Source: Camelus dromedarius | Lineage: Eukaryota | Assembly: GCF_036321535.1 (NCBI RefSeq) | Contig: NC_087437.1 | Coordinates: 121,398,001-121,462,000, forward strand | DNA length: 64,000 nt | Reading direction: 5' to 3' | Part shown: positions 52,910 to 62,899 of the stretch, piece by piece | Numbering within the stretch: position 1 is the stretch's first letter | Layout of the letters: the number at the start of each line of letters is the position of its first letter | Notes under the pieces: model-generated | Database searches by the model: none | Told to the model about the DNA's origin: nothing | The model's input: only the letters and a program-made list of their open reading frames with translations | Position numbers and translations under genes: made by a program

Positions 52910-55900
52910 CAAAGGAGAAGAAATAGAAAAATCTGAACAGTCCTATGTCCAGTAAAGAAAAGGCATCCGTAACTATAAACCATCTCGCAAAACTGCCACC
53001 GGGCTTGGAGGGCTTCTGAAGTCAACAACGGTTAAGGAAGAGTGAGCACCGGCCTTATGTCAGACTCCTCCAGCGAGGGGCCAAACAGGACACACGTCTT
53101 AGCTCATGGCATGGAGTCCAGCGTACACTTTAATGTCCTGATAAGGACATTTCAAGAAAGAAAAATTGTAGCCTATCTCACTCATAAACATAGACACAGA
53201 TGTCCTAACTGGCATATTATTAGTGAACAAAATCTAGAAATACATGAAAAGGACAAACACACTGTGACCAATGGGGCTGATTCCAGAAACACAAGATTAG
53301 TTGAACATCTGAACTTCAATCAACTTAGTTCATCATGTCAACCAAACAAATCAGGAAAGTCACGCTGTCATCTCAACAGTCACAGAGAAAGCATCAGATA
53401 GAACTCAACATGCACTCACAAAAATCAGCTCTTAGCAGAGCAGGGACAGAGGGAATTTCCTTAATCAGACAGACAGCATCTGTATAAACAACGTCCGTAC
53501 GACAAATGTCGCACTCACTGGTGCAAAGCAGAGTGTTTTCCCTCTGAGGTCAGGAATAAGATAAGGATGTTCATTACTGGCACTTCTAAGCAGCACCAGA
53601 AGTGAAGCAAGCCAAGAAACAGAAGCAATGAAGGAAAAATGTCTGGAAAGGAAGAAATTAAAAAGTCAGTGGGGGAGGATATAGCTCAGCGGCAGAGCGC
53701 ATGCCCAGCATGCACAGAGTCCTGGGTTCAGTCCCCACGCCTCCATTACATACATAAATAGACAAACCTAACTACTACCCCCTCCAAAGAGAAAAACAAC
53801 AGAAATTTGCCTTAAAAAATAAAATAAAAATAAGAATAAAAAGTCAGCATTCATTCATGGACAAAATTATTGTACGTGTAGGAAACCCAACAGAACCTAC
53901 AGATAACTTTTTTTTTTTTTGAGATATAGTCAGTTTAAAATGTTGTGTCAGGTAACTCTTAAAACTAAGTGACTTCTGGAAAGATGGCTGAATACAAGGT
54001 CTATATACAAGGATCACCTGTATTCTATACAAACCAGAAACCAGTGGTTACACAATAAAAATAAAGAGCACTTAGAGATGTCACCCAAAACAGTAACCCT
54101 AACAGAGTGTGTGGAGACAGCTGCACAGAAGACCCTCTGATGATAAGGGCCACTGAGGATCCTTAAACAAATGGGAGGACAGGACAGTATGGAGGTTCCT
54201 TAAAAACTAAAACTAGACTCACCGTATGACCCAGCCATCCCACCCACTGCTGGCATATGTCCAGAGAAAACTATAGTTTGAAAAGACACCTGCACCCCGG
54301 TGCTCACAGTAGCACTGCATACAACAGCCAGACATGGAAGCACCCACATGTCCATCGACAGATGGCGGGGTAAAGAAGGTGTGATACATATATATAGGAA
54401 TACATATATAATTATAATATATGTAGGAATACTACTCAGCCATAAAAAAGAATAAAATAATGCCGTTTGCAGCAACATGGAGATCGTCATTCCAAGCGAA
54501 GTAAGCCAGAAAGAGAAAGAAAAATACCGTATGATATCACTTACATGTGGAATCTTAAAAAAAAAAAAAGAGGCACAAATGAGCTTATTTACAAAATAGA
54601 AACAGACTCACAGACATAGAGACAAACTTATGGTTACCAGGGGGTGAAGGGGGTGGGAAGGGATAAATCAGGAGCCTGAGATTTGCGCCTCTTGGGGAGG
54701 GATGAAAATGTTAGCTGTCTTGATTGTGGTACTGGTTTCATGGGTGTGGACATCTATCAAAATTCATCAATTTGTTACATCTGAAATATGTGTAGTTTAC
54801 TGTGCAGGAGCTATAGCACAATAAAGTTGTTTTAAAAATGTAGGAATAAACATTAGTGGAGCTCTCAATGCTTAAGAGTATTCAGTCTCATCAAACTGAT
54901 CTATAGCTTCAGTGCAATTCTAATAATTCTGGCAGGATTTTTGGGGAAATCGAAAAGTCAACTTAGAAAGTTAAACGGAAGTATAAAATAACAAGTATAG
55001 CCAGGAAATTCTGAAGAAGGACACAGCTGGAAGATGACTCTACCAGGTCACAAGACTGATAAAGCTTCAGTGTGAAGACGGCGAGTGTTGGTGTGAGGAC
55101 AGGAGCAGCACCTGACGAGAGTGAGTCCCATTAAAAGCAGCAGCTCAGGCCCACCTGGGCACTGGCCGTGTGACAGAGTTGTGCTGAAGAGCAGGAGGGA
55201 GAACGGCAATCTTTTCCCTGAATAGCGCTGGGGCAACTGGATACAAAGAACAACAGAATGAGGGCGGACCCCTGCCTCACACCATACAGAAGAGACAGTC
55301 CCAGCCAGAACGTTGCTCTAAGGATGAGCATCAGAACGACGAGCCTTGCAGAGGATCACAGAAGCAATCTGCATGACCGGGGAAGTCAGGGTTTCCTAAA
55401 CAGGGCACAGAAAGCGCCATCCACAGGAAAAAGCTCGATTAATTAAGTCACATTGAAATGAAGAACTCCTGTTTGTTAAAGGACACTGTGAAGTTTCTGG
55501 AAAGGCCAGTCGCTGAGTGTGAGAAATGAGGGAGGACACACGAGCAACAGAAGAGTCTGTGTCCAGAAGACATGAACATAAGAAAACATCTGAGCGGCTT
55601 CTTCAGCAAAAGGACAGGCACCGGGAATTATCACAGAGCTGCTCAGCCTCATCAGCCACTGGTCAGACCCGCACACCCTCCAGAACGGCCCAGACCGAAA
55701 GGACCGCCACCCTGAGCGCCCGGGAGGATGAGGAGCAGTCGGAGCCGTCACAGGTTCTGGCGGGAGTGGAAGAGGGTTCGGCACTTTGGAAAACTGGCAT
55801 TCCCTACTGAAGTGGGACATGCACGTCGCCTGTGATGTGGCCCACGCCCAGCAGAGACATGTACACACGTGTGCAGAAAGGCATGTTTGAGAATGTTCAT

Positions 55901-56350
55901 TGAAGCATTATTCATACAGCAAAATGTGGGCACAACCCAGATCTCCATCGACAGCCGAATGAATAAATCTGTTGTGGAATGCTAACACTTTGGACTACGA
56001 TACAGTGATGAAAATGCATTCATGAGAGCTGCTCAGACCCAGCAGGGAGGCTCTCAAGCAAAAGCAGCAGGACCCCAGAGGGCATGTGCTGCAGGATTCC
56101 ACCTGAGCAGAGTGAAAGGCAGGCGCAACAATTCCATGCTGCTCCAAGTCGGAGCAGAGGTCCCCTGTGGGAGCTGGGAGGGAGTACAGGCAAGAGGCAG
56201 GAAAGGGACTCTGGGGGGGGGCAGGTTCTGTTTCTTACCCCGGGGGGGGGGGGTTCACGGTGCGCTCACTTTGAGTTAATTCATCAAGCTGCACACTTAC
56301 ACTGTGGGTACTTTCTGTTCGTATGTCCTCCCTCAACAGAAACGTTTAGA
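52910..56350 (+). mobile_element. Cluster of nested L1 fragments: old L1ME-type backbone plus a younger L1 3' end at ~54185-54685
   Basis: Collinear ORF2-to-3'UTR phrases; the young segment has ggaatactactcagccataaaaaag...gcagcaacatgg. Confidence 0.85.
53671..53836 (+). mobile_element. tRNA-Ala-derived SINE (vic-1-like) with perfect 11-bp TSD, inserted in an L1
   Basis: A-box tagctcagcgg, B-box ggttcagtccc, A-rich tail; TAAAAAGTCAG at 53659-69 and 53837-47. Confidence 0.93.
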
Positions 56351-57546
56351 AATACACCTGAGGTGATCCTTCCATGGCCCGGTTCACAGGGACCGGACTC
56401 CCAAGTTACCCATATACAGTCAGCTAGAGCCCCTAGAATTCAAGTTTCAAACTGTAAACTGCAAGCTCTGACCACGTGGTCGTTAAGTCCCCCAGAGAGA
56501 AGGCGTTCAAGAACCACAAGAGCCACCTCATTTTTCATTATCCAAACTTTCATCAGGCACACGTTCAGCCTCCAGCGCTTTCTAGAAAAGCCCCTGGAGG
56601 GGAGGGAGGGAGCAGGGGTCCCTCCCCCGGCCCCCTTCCGCCTCCCCACCCCTGACCAGCTTCAGTTCCTAATTGCCTTTCAGCTTCTCAAGAAAGACTG
56701 CTAACACAGTAATTAAGAGATAATGCAGCAAGAAAGCCAAGAAAAGAAAAGCTCCTTTTCCTGGTTCCAGTCCATGATCTTAGAATAGTATGTACCAGGA
56801 GCCATACTGTTTTTGCATCTGATTTACACAAAAATCATTCAAAAGAAGTGGGTGCAGGTGCTAATTTTGTTTGATTTATGTATTTATTTGCACCATCTTA
56901 TCCCACAAAGAATTCGAGGCGTTTGGCAATACTAATCCCCAACATTTACAGTCCTTTAGCGTTTACTAAGTAGTTTGTGTAGCTAATCCTCACAACCACG
57001 TGTTATTACCTCCGTCTCACACTGAGAACCTGCGCTCTCACTAACCGCTCCCACACGCCGTCCTGTAGATCCTCGCGTGACCCCCAGCTTTCGCGGAGAG
57101 CGTCTCACCTTTGCCACCATTTTGATGCCACAAATCCTGCTGCAGCACGGCTCCTGGGAAACGGATGCACGCTTCCTCAGGGTGTGTGCTTAGGAGAGGG
57201 GCTGCAGGTTCTCAGGGGATGCACGTCTCTTTGTATGAAAATTCCAAATTGTTTTCCAGACAACAGAGTGGCTCATCACGCTGTTCCTGTGCACTGCTGA
57301 GTTCTTGCGCCAACTACAGCTTTATCCATCTTGACACCTTATCCATCTTGACACCTGGTGGGGGACTTCTCCCTGCCTGATTCTTCTGTCCTCCCCACCC
57401 CTCTTCTTCTCTTAAAATGTACACTTCAAAATATTCTTCATATGCTATTTGATTTACCAAAAGATTGCGTGTAGCACATACGAAGTTACAAAGTATGATA
57501 TATGACCTTCCACTCACCACGCTGCCCAAGACTGCGCCATCTCCAG

Positions 57547-57983
57547 CAACTTGGATCCGGGCGAGAGACCAAGCAGCACTCAGAGTTGGAGAAAACTCAG
57601 GTTTTATTACGCCAGCAGGCCCAGAGGAGTTAACACTCCAAGCTCTGGACCCTGTCTGTAGGTTTACACAGGCCTTTATAGGCTGCCAGTTTTACGCTTT
57701 GTAACAGCACATGCAAATAAAGTATAACAGAAGTTGACCAACTAGGAACAAGCTTTGTAGAAATGGACCAATCAGGAGTGAGAGAAATAACCAATCAGGA
57801 GCGAAGGAAAGAACCAATCAGAAGTGAGCTCAGGAAACCAATAGAATTTTAGGGGTAAGTAAGCCGTTTCAGAAGCAAAAAGTGAGATAGAGCCTCTGGG
57901 CCAGGGAACGGGATGGTGCTGGCAGGAGAGTAGTGGCCCTGCCTGCGGGTCCTGCTAGTCTTTTTATGGGGCTTCCCGCCTCA
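57547..57983 (-). mobile_element. Young-looking ERV solo LTR
   Basis: Minus strand starts TGAGGCGGGAAG and carries TATAAA (~57674-79) and AATAAA (~57603-08). Four CCAAT motifs in tandem on the + strand (57768-57842). Possible TSD CCAG at 57543-46 and 57984-87. Confidence 0.75.
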
Positions 57984-59175
57984 CCAGTAGCCTCCAGCCA
58001 CACGCCCTTCCCCTAACCTGCTCCCTGTCGTCTCCTTGCTGGAGGTGACCTCCGCCCAAACTCTGTGTACCACTCCCGAGCTGGTCAGTGTATCACGTGT
58101 ACCTGGTGTGTGCACACGTTACTTACACACAGAGCTATATGCACACGTACACACATACAGTGTGCATGTGCGCACCTGCCCAAGCCCGTTTTCAGGCTTT
58201 ATAGAATGGCGTGCTTTTCAGTCAACATTTAATGTCCGAGATGCCCCAAGTTGGGTGTTGCGTAGTTGGCTCCCTGGAAAGCTGTCTGGCCACTTCACCA
58301 CATGTGTACAGTGTGTGGATGAACCCAGTGCATCTCGTCTCGTCCTGCGAAATGGGTAGTTGGATACTGTGAGCACGTCCTGGTGCCGGTGCCCTGAGCA
58401 CATGTGGAAGGATTCTACCCCGGGAGCACTGAGGAGTGAGAACGCTGGCCGGTGGCTTTACTTGGATTCTATCATTCCAACGATGTATCTTTTCTTCTTG
58501 AAACGCGGTCCTCTGCTGGGTCCTCCTGCCCCTCTGGGTTCTCAGCCCCCTCTGCCCTCCCCCACACCCCACGATGATGGTCGGAGCCCCTCAGGTCCGG
58601 CCCAGGCTCTCTCGTCTCTCTTTGGGCGATTGCTTCCACTTCCAAGGCTCTCAGAGGCATGTCTCCAGCTCCGTTCTCGTCCCTGGACGCCAATCTTTCG
58701 CTTTCCCTGCCTTCCACACACAGCCGCCGGAGCATCCGGCAGGTGCAGCAAACTCAGCGCAGCCCAGAGGACCTCCTGGCTCTCCGCGCGGCGCTTCCCT
58801 TGGTCTTTCCCACCTCATTATAAAGCGCCATCACCCTCCAAACACACAAGCCGGAACCCCAGCTGTGAGCTGTAATCCTCCCCTACTCACACCCCTCACC
58901 CAACCTCCCACCGAGTCTGCCCTCACCAAGAACACCAAGTGTACTTCCCAACACACCCCAACTCTCTCCACTGCCACCGCTACCAGCTGACCCAAGCCAT
59001 CAGCACGTCCCCCGGGTCCGCGCATTAGCTGCAGCACAGACGCCCCGGGTGCCCCACATCACGAGTGGCACCCCGATGGGCAGTGGCATCTCTTCCCTTC
59101 CCCAGGCAGTCTGTGTACTTTGACGGAGCGGGTCTCGCTCCCAGCTCGAAGAGGAGGCCCTATTTGGCCTAAACC

Positions 59176-59345
59176 TGGGGGTAGCAAGCTTTTACTTTAA
59201 AGGGCCAGATGGTTACTATTTCAGGCTCTCAGGCCGCGTGTATCTCTGACATGCACTCTTCTCCCTCGGGCATTGTGAGTGTGCAACTCATTCTGGTCCC
59301 GTGGACGGTACAGAGCAGGCCTCAGGCCTCGTCTGCCCAGCTCTG
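59176..59345 (+). mobile_element. hAT-Charlie MITE, MER58-like
   Basis: ggggtagcaagcttttactttaaagggccagatggttactatttcaggct resembles the MER58 left end. Confidence 0.7.
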
Positions 59346-59470
59346 GTCTGAGCGCCCGGCACGTTCCGTGTTACCGGTGGTTGAGGGAGGTAGAGACCCC
59401 ATGGGGCCGGATCAGCACCCCCCCCGCCCCCGCCCATGGCGTGCTGACCCAGCATCCTCCCTTCTCCAAG

Positions 59471-59548
59471 TTCATGAGAAGCAGAAATGCTCCGTCGGCC
59501 TTGTCATCCTCAACGGTCCACTCAAAGCCACGGCTCCAGGGGAAGCTG
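59471..59548 (+). pseudogene. Pseudo-exon, 78 nt, phase 1-1: (V)HEKQKCSVGLVILNGPLKATAPGEA
   Basis: cctcccttctccaag| acceptor, G|gtcagc donor, frame open. Confidence 0.6.
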
Positions 59549-59812
59549 GTCAGCCCTGAGCATGAGAGCCGCGGCTCCTGTCACCCCCACCCCTGCACTG
59601 CAGCCCGGTGCTCTCCACCCTGGGCATCGCCTGCCTGGGAGGAGGGCCCAGAAGGATGGAGACCAGGCTCAGGGTGGGGGACCACGGACAGTCACATGCT
59701 CAGGCTGGGGCGAGCAGGCCTGCCCCCGCCCAACCCCGGCGCCTGGCTCCTCACACCAGGCTGCCTCCAGTTAGCGGGAGCGCCACTGCCCCCCGCCCTA
59801 TCTAACCTGCAG

Positions 59813-59844
59813 ACTATGAACAACTCGAGAGCGAGTTCATTGTG
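59813..59844 (+). pseudogene. Pseudo-exon, 32 nt, phase 1-0: (D)YEQLESEFIV
   Basis: ctaacctgcag| acceptor, GTG|gtaagc strong donor, phases match both neighbouring exons. Confidence 0.7.
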
Positions 59845-60570
59845 GTAAGCGTGTGCCGCCCTTGCACGTGACGCACTGCCCAAGGCGCTGAAAGGCCAGC
59901 AGAATGTTCTCAGTTCCCAGCTCTGCTTGATGCCCTAGATTTCCACTTCAGCCTGGCTTCCCCGGCTGATGTGCGTGGCCAGCGATGCAGACCTCCCTGG
60001 CTGCCTCTGGGTTTAAACTGTTCGAGTCCAGGACCAGGAGAGGCTTAGGACTGAGTCAGTGCCAACCCCAGATCCCCAGTGAAACACACTGAGTCAGAAC
60101 TCCTCCCCTGGTCCTGGAGTGGGGGTGGGAAGTGTGTACGTGTCCCGAGCACAGACATGGCCACTCCTGGCCCCTCTCGTGACTGAGGGGATTCACTCTG
60201 GGGCTGGGGACCCAGAGGAGGAAGTCTGTCATGAGCTGAGCAGACTCCAAGCAAGGTGTCCACTCCCAGGAAGACCTGCCTCAAGGTTTAGTAGCATTTG
60301 ATCTTTGTCACTCCAGTCTCATGTTTTTTGGTTTTTGTTTTTTTAATTTAGGGCAAAAAAAAATCTGTCTCAGATAAATGTATCACAGTATATTGGTTAC
60401 CACTCATTAGTAGTTCTAGCTACCTGACTTTTTTAAAAGCCAAGAAATCAATAACCTACTTTCAGACTATGATCTAAAGTCCCAGTGAGTGTCCCTTCTC
60501 CAAGACTGGGCAGAATTCAGTAAAACAAGGCGAAGCACATTTTTTCAGATACGTTCCTGGTTGTTCACAG

Positions 60571-60648
60571 GGACTAAAGTGAAAGGGGCTTCAAAAGAAC
60601 ATGAAAAAGTTTATCCCTGACATTGAACAACTGAAATCCACAGTCAAG
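60571..60648 (+). pseudogene. Pseudo-exon, 78 nt, phase 0-0: GLK*KGLQKNMKKFIPDIEQLKSTVK
   Basis: ttgttcacag| acceptor, AAG|gtgcat donor, in-frame TGA at 60580-82. Confidence 0.7.
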
Positions 60649-61163
60649 GTGCATCCGTCTCAGGCCAGTTAAACCATGACTGTGGCCTGGGCGTGGTCTC
60701 TGCAGGACTGGCCACCAAGGTGCTTGCCCTGCAGAGGTGGGGACAGGATCACTCAGGTCACCCTGTGTGGGCACAAGGGTACCGGCCCGGGTCTGGAGTG
60801 GAGGTCGGACAGCCAGGCCACGATGGCTGCCCCAGCTCAGGGCTGCATGCCCACCTGGGGGGTCGCTGCACCAGAGTGGCTTCTATACCTGTGAGCCTTG
60901 AACCCCCCTTCCATGGAAAGCCTGACAGCCAGGGTGTGAATGCATGCCCAGCAGCTCTGCGGCCAGCGGGCTGGCCCGGTCCCCTCCTTCCAGTAGTCCC
61001 CCAGCCGCAGACTGAAATCCTGTTCACGCTGCCTCTCACTAGCCTGCATCTTTGCCCTCAGACCATTACCCATCTTTCTGCACCACTCTGACCCGCAGGC
61101 ATCTGTGCCTGGAGTAATTTCTAATTCCGCCTCCGGGCTACCCGGTCACGCTGACTGATTCAG

Positions 61164-61331
61164 CTGGAGGAGAAAAGGGGTGAGGTGGACCGGGTGTTGT
61201 GTAACCAGTGTTCCCAGCAGGTGAAGTTCCACACCCTTCTGTCCCTCCAAGACCACGTCCTGGGAGAGATGACCGGCTAGACCCCTAGAGGCGAGCATTT
61301 GAGCAACAGCTTTATTTTCCAGGACACCAAA
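61164..61331 (+). pseudogene. Pseudo-exon, phase-0 start: LEEKRGEVDRVLCNQCSQQVKFHTLLSLQDHVLGEMTG*TPRGEHLSNSFIFQDTK
   Basis: ctgactgattcag| acceptor, in-frame TAG at 61278-80, donor after 61331 (gtgtga) or 61360 (gtgagg). Confidence 0.6.
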
Positions 61332-62029
61332 GTGTGATTTCATTTTCACACTTTGCACAAGTGAGGCAAGCAGTGGGCCGGAGGCCTGGGGGCGGGGCGG
61401 GGCTCAGGCTGGGGCAATGCTATTTGCACTGAGGGCCTTGCAGGCACAGCTGCCAGCACCCCTGAGGAGACCTAGGGCCCATCCCAGGCACCCACGTGTC
61501 TGATGTTGACCGTAATCAGGGGGAAGGACGGGCTTTCCTGAGGAGGTCGTAAGACCCTCATCCTGGACTTTGACCTCTCAGGTGCCCGGCGAGCCCTGGT
61601 ACTGTGCCGGGTGACTGGAAACTGCTTTCACCCCACATCAGCATAAAGAGACACATCCTGTGGGTGTCACTACAGGTCGGGGAGAACACCACATACACCC
61701 ATCTCTGGAGAGGATGGTGGCTGAGGAGAGCAGTATGGCAGGCAGGGGCGACCCCAGGCTCCCAGCCGCCTCCGAAGTGGCCAAGAGGCGGGCCAGCCAG
61801 CTGGAGCCCCGTGCAGGCCTGGGGCTCTCCGCCTCAGCTGACAGGCTGCATTCACTCCACCAGCTCCGCCTGGAGGGCAGGCACCGCTTCCCCTGTGTAC
61901 ACAATACTGAGCGCGGGCCTCTCAGACTGGCTCCGGGCTGGGCCTCTGTCTTGCTTTGGCCAACAGGACATTAGGAAACGTGCGGAGGCTGGAAAAGCCC
62001 TGGGCACCGAACTCTGCCTCCCCTCTTGC

Positions 62030-62263
62030 TGCTGATGGGGCCACACCAGCATGAGCAGCAGCGGCGGCCAGCTTTCGGATGGCAGTCCCTGCCCGAGACC
62101 CGAGGGAGTGGCCCGTGTGAGTCCCAGCTCATACGAGCCACACCCCACGAAGCAGAGATGAACAGTGCCAGTCGCTCGCCCTCAGGATCGCGAACAAATA
62201 AATGATTGCTTCAAGCCACTTAGTTGGGGTGGTTGGTTGCATAGAAATAAAGTCCTCATGTAC
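62030..62263 (+). mobile_element. MaLR LTR 3' fragment (MLT1-like) carrying AATAAA at 62197 and 62246
   Basis: aaataaatgattgcttcaagccacttagttggggtggttggttgcatagaaataaa is a typical MLT1 3' end. Confidence 0.65.
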
Positions 62264-62899
62264 ATTTTCCTTCTTAAGAATGAATCCCTAGACGTCATCC
62301 CAGGAACCCTGGTGTTTCCGTGTTGTCCAGCGCCCCTCTGGACGCTGCACCTGGCAGCGGCCCTCAGGGCAGGTGCTGGGCCTCCTGCTAGCTGGCGGGC
62401 CTTCCCGTGAGACAGCAACCTGAAGCAGACAGCTGGCCGCCGCAGCACTCAGGTCACTGCACTCAGGGATACCCCGTTCTGTCCCATGACTTGGGGGTGA
62501 CCGCAGCTAACCTCTAGAGTGTCGAGGCTGGGCTCTTCCCGGACATGTGTCTTCTTCCCCCTCTTACACCGGAGCAAACCGGCAGAGGTCCGGAGAGATG
62601 CCTTAGGCCCCGCAGCTGAGAAGGGGGCAGCAGAACTGGGCCCTGGAGCGCAGCCTCCGCTGGCACCGGCGCTGCCCAGGCTGAGAGGCCCAGGCTGAGA
62701 GCCCCAGGCCGGCCCGCCGCCGCCCTCTGCGCCCTGGAGTCCTCCTAGTAGGTGACCAGCCCCCAGAGCGCTCTGGGCACTCGCGTCTAAGGACTGGATT
62801 TTTCTTGTCAAACTGTTTTCTGAGTAGAAGTGCAGCCTTGAGTTGGTTATTCTGGTCTTCCAAACGTGGCACTTCCACAAATGCTTACCACTCTGCGTG

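Larger units (their letters stand above)
40375..61975 (+). pseudogene. Candidate multi-exon unitary pseudogene of an unrecognised large membrane/coiled-coil protein
   Basis: Candidate exons: 40375-~41850, 42371-~43734, 44184-44492, 46332-46430, 46611-~46710, 50416-50591, 51156-51220, 52471-~52608, 56420-~56556, 56684-56857, 59471-59548, 59813-59844, 60571-60648, 61164-61331/61360, 61676-~61975. Acceptors are AG and most donors GT, several junctions are phase-compatible, translations look protein-like, and there are many stops and frameshifts. Confidence 0.6.

Noticed and set aside
50813..53745. Functional tRNA-Ala genes
   Set aside because: The tRNA-like heads have broken stems, SINE bodies, A-rich tails and TSDs.
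60580..61280. In-frame TGA as selenocysteine, or TAG rescued by ADAR editing (UAG to UIG)
   Set aside because: Attractive next to ADARB1, but the same gene model has many other stops and frameshifts and I saw no SECIS or local hairpin. Ordinary decay is simpler.
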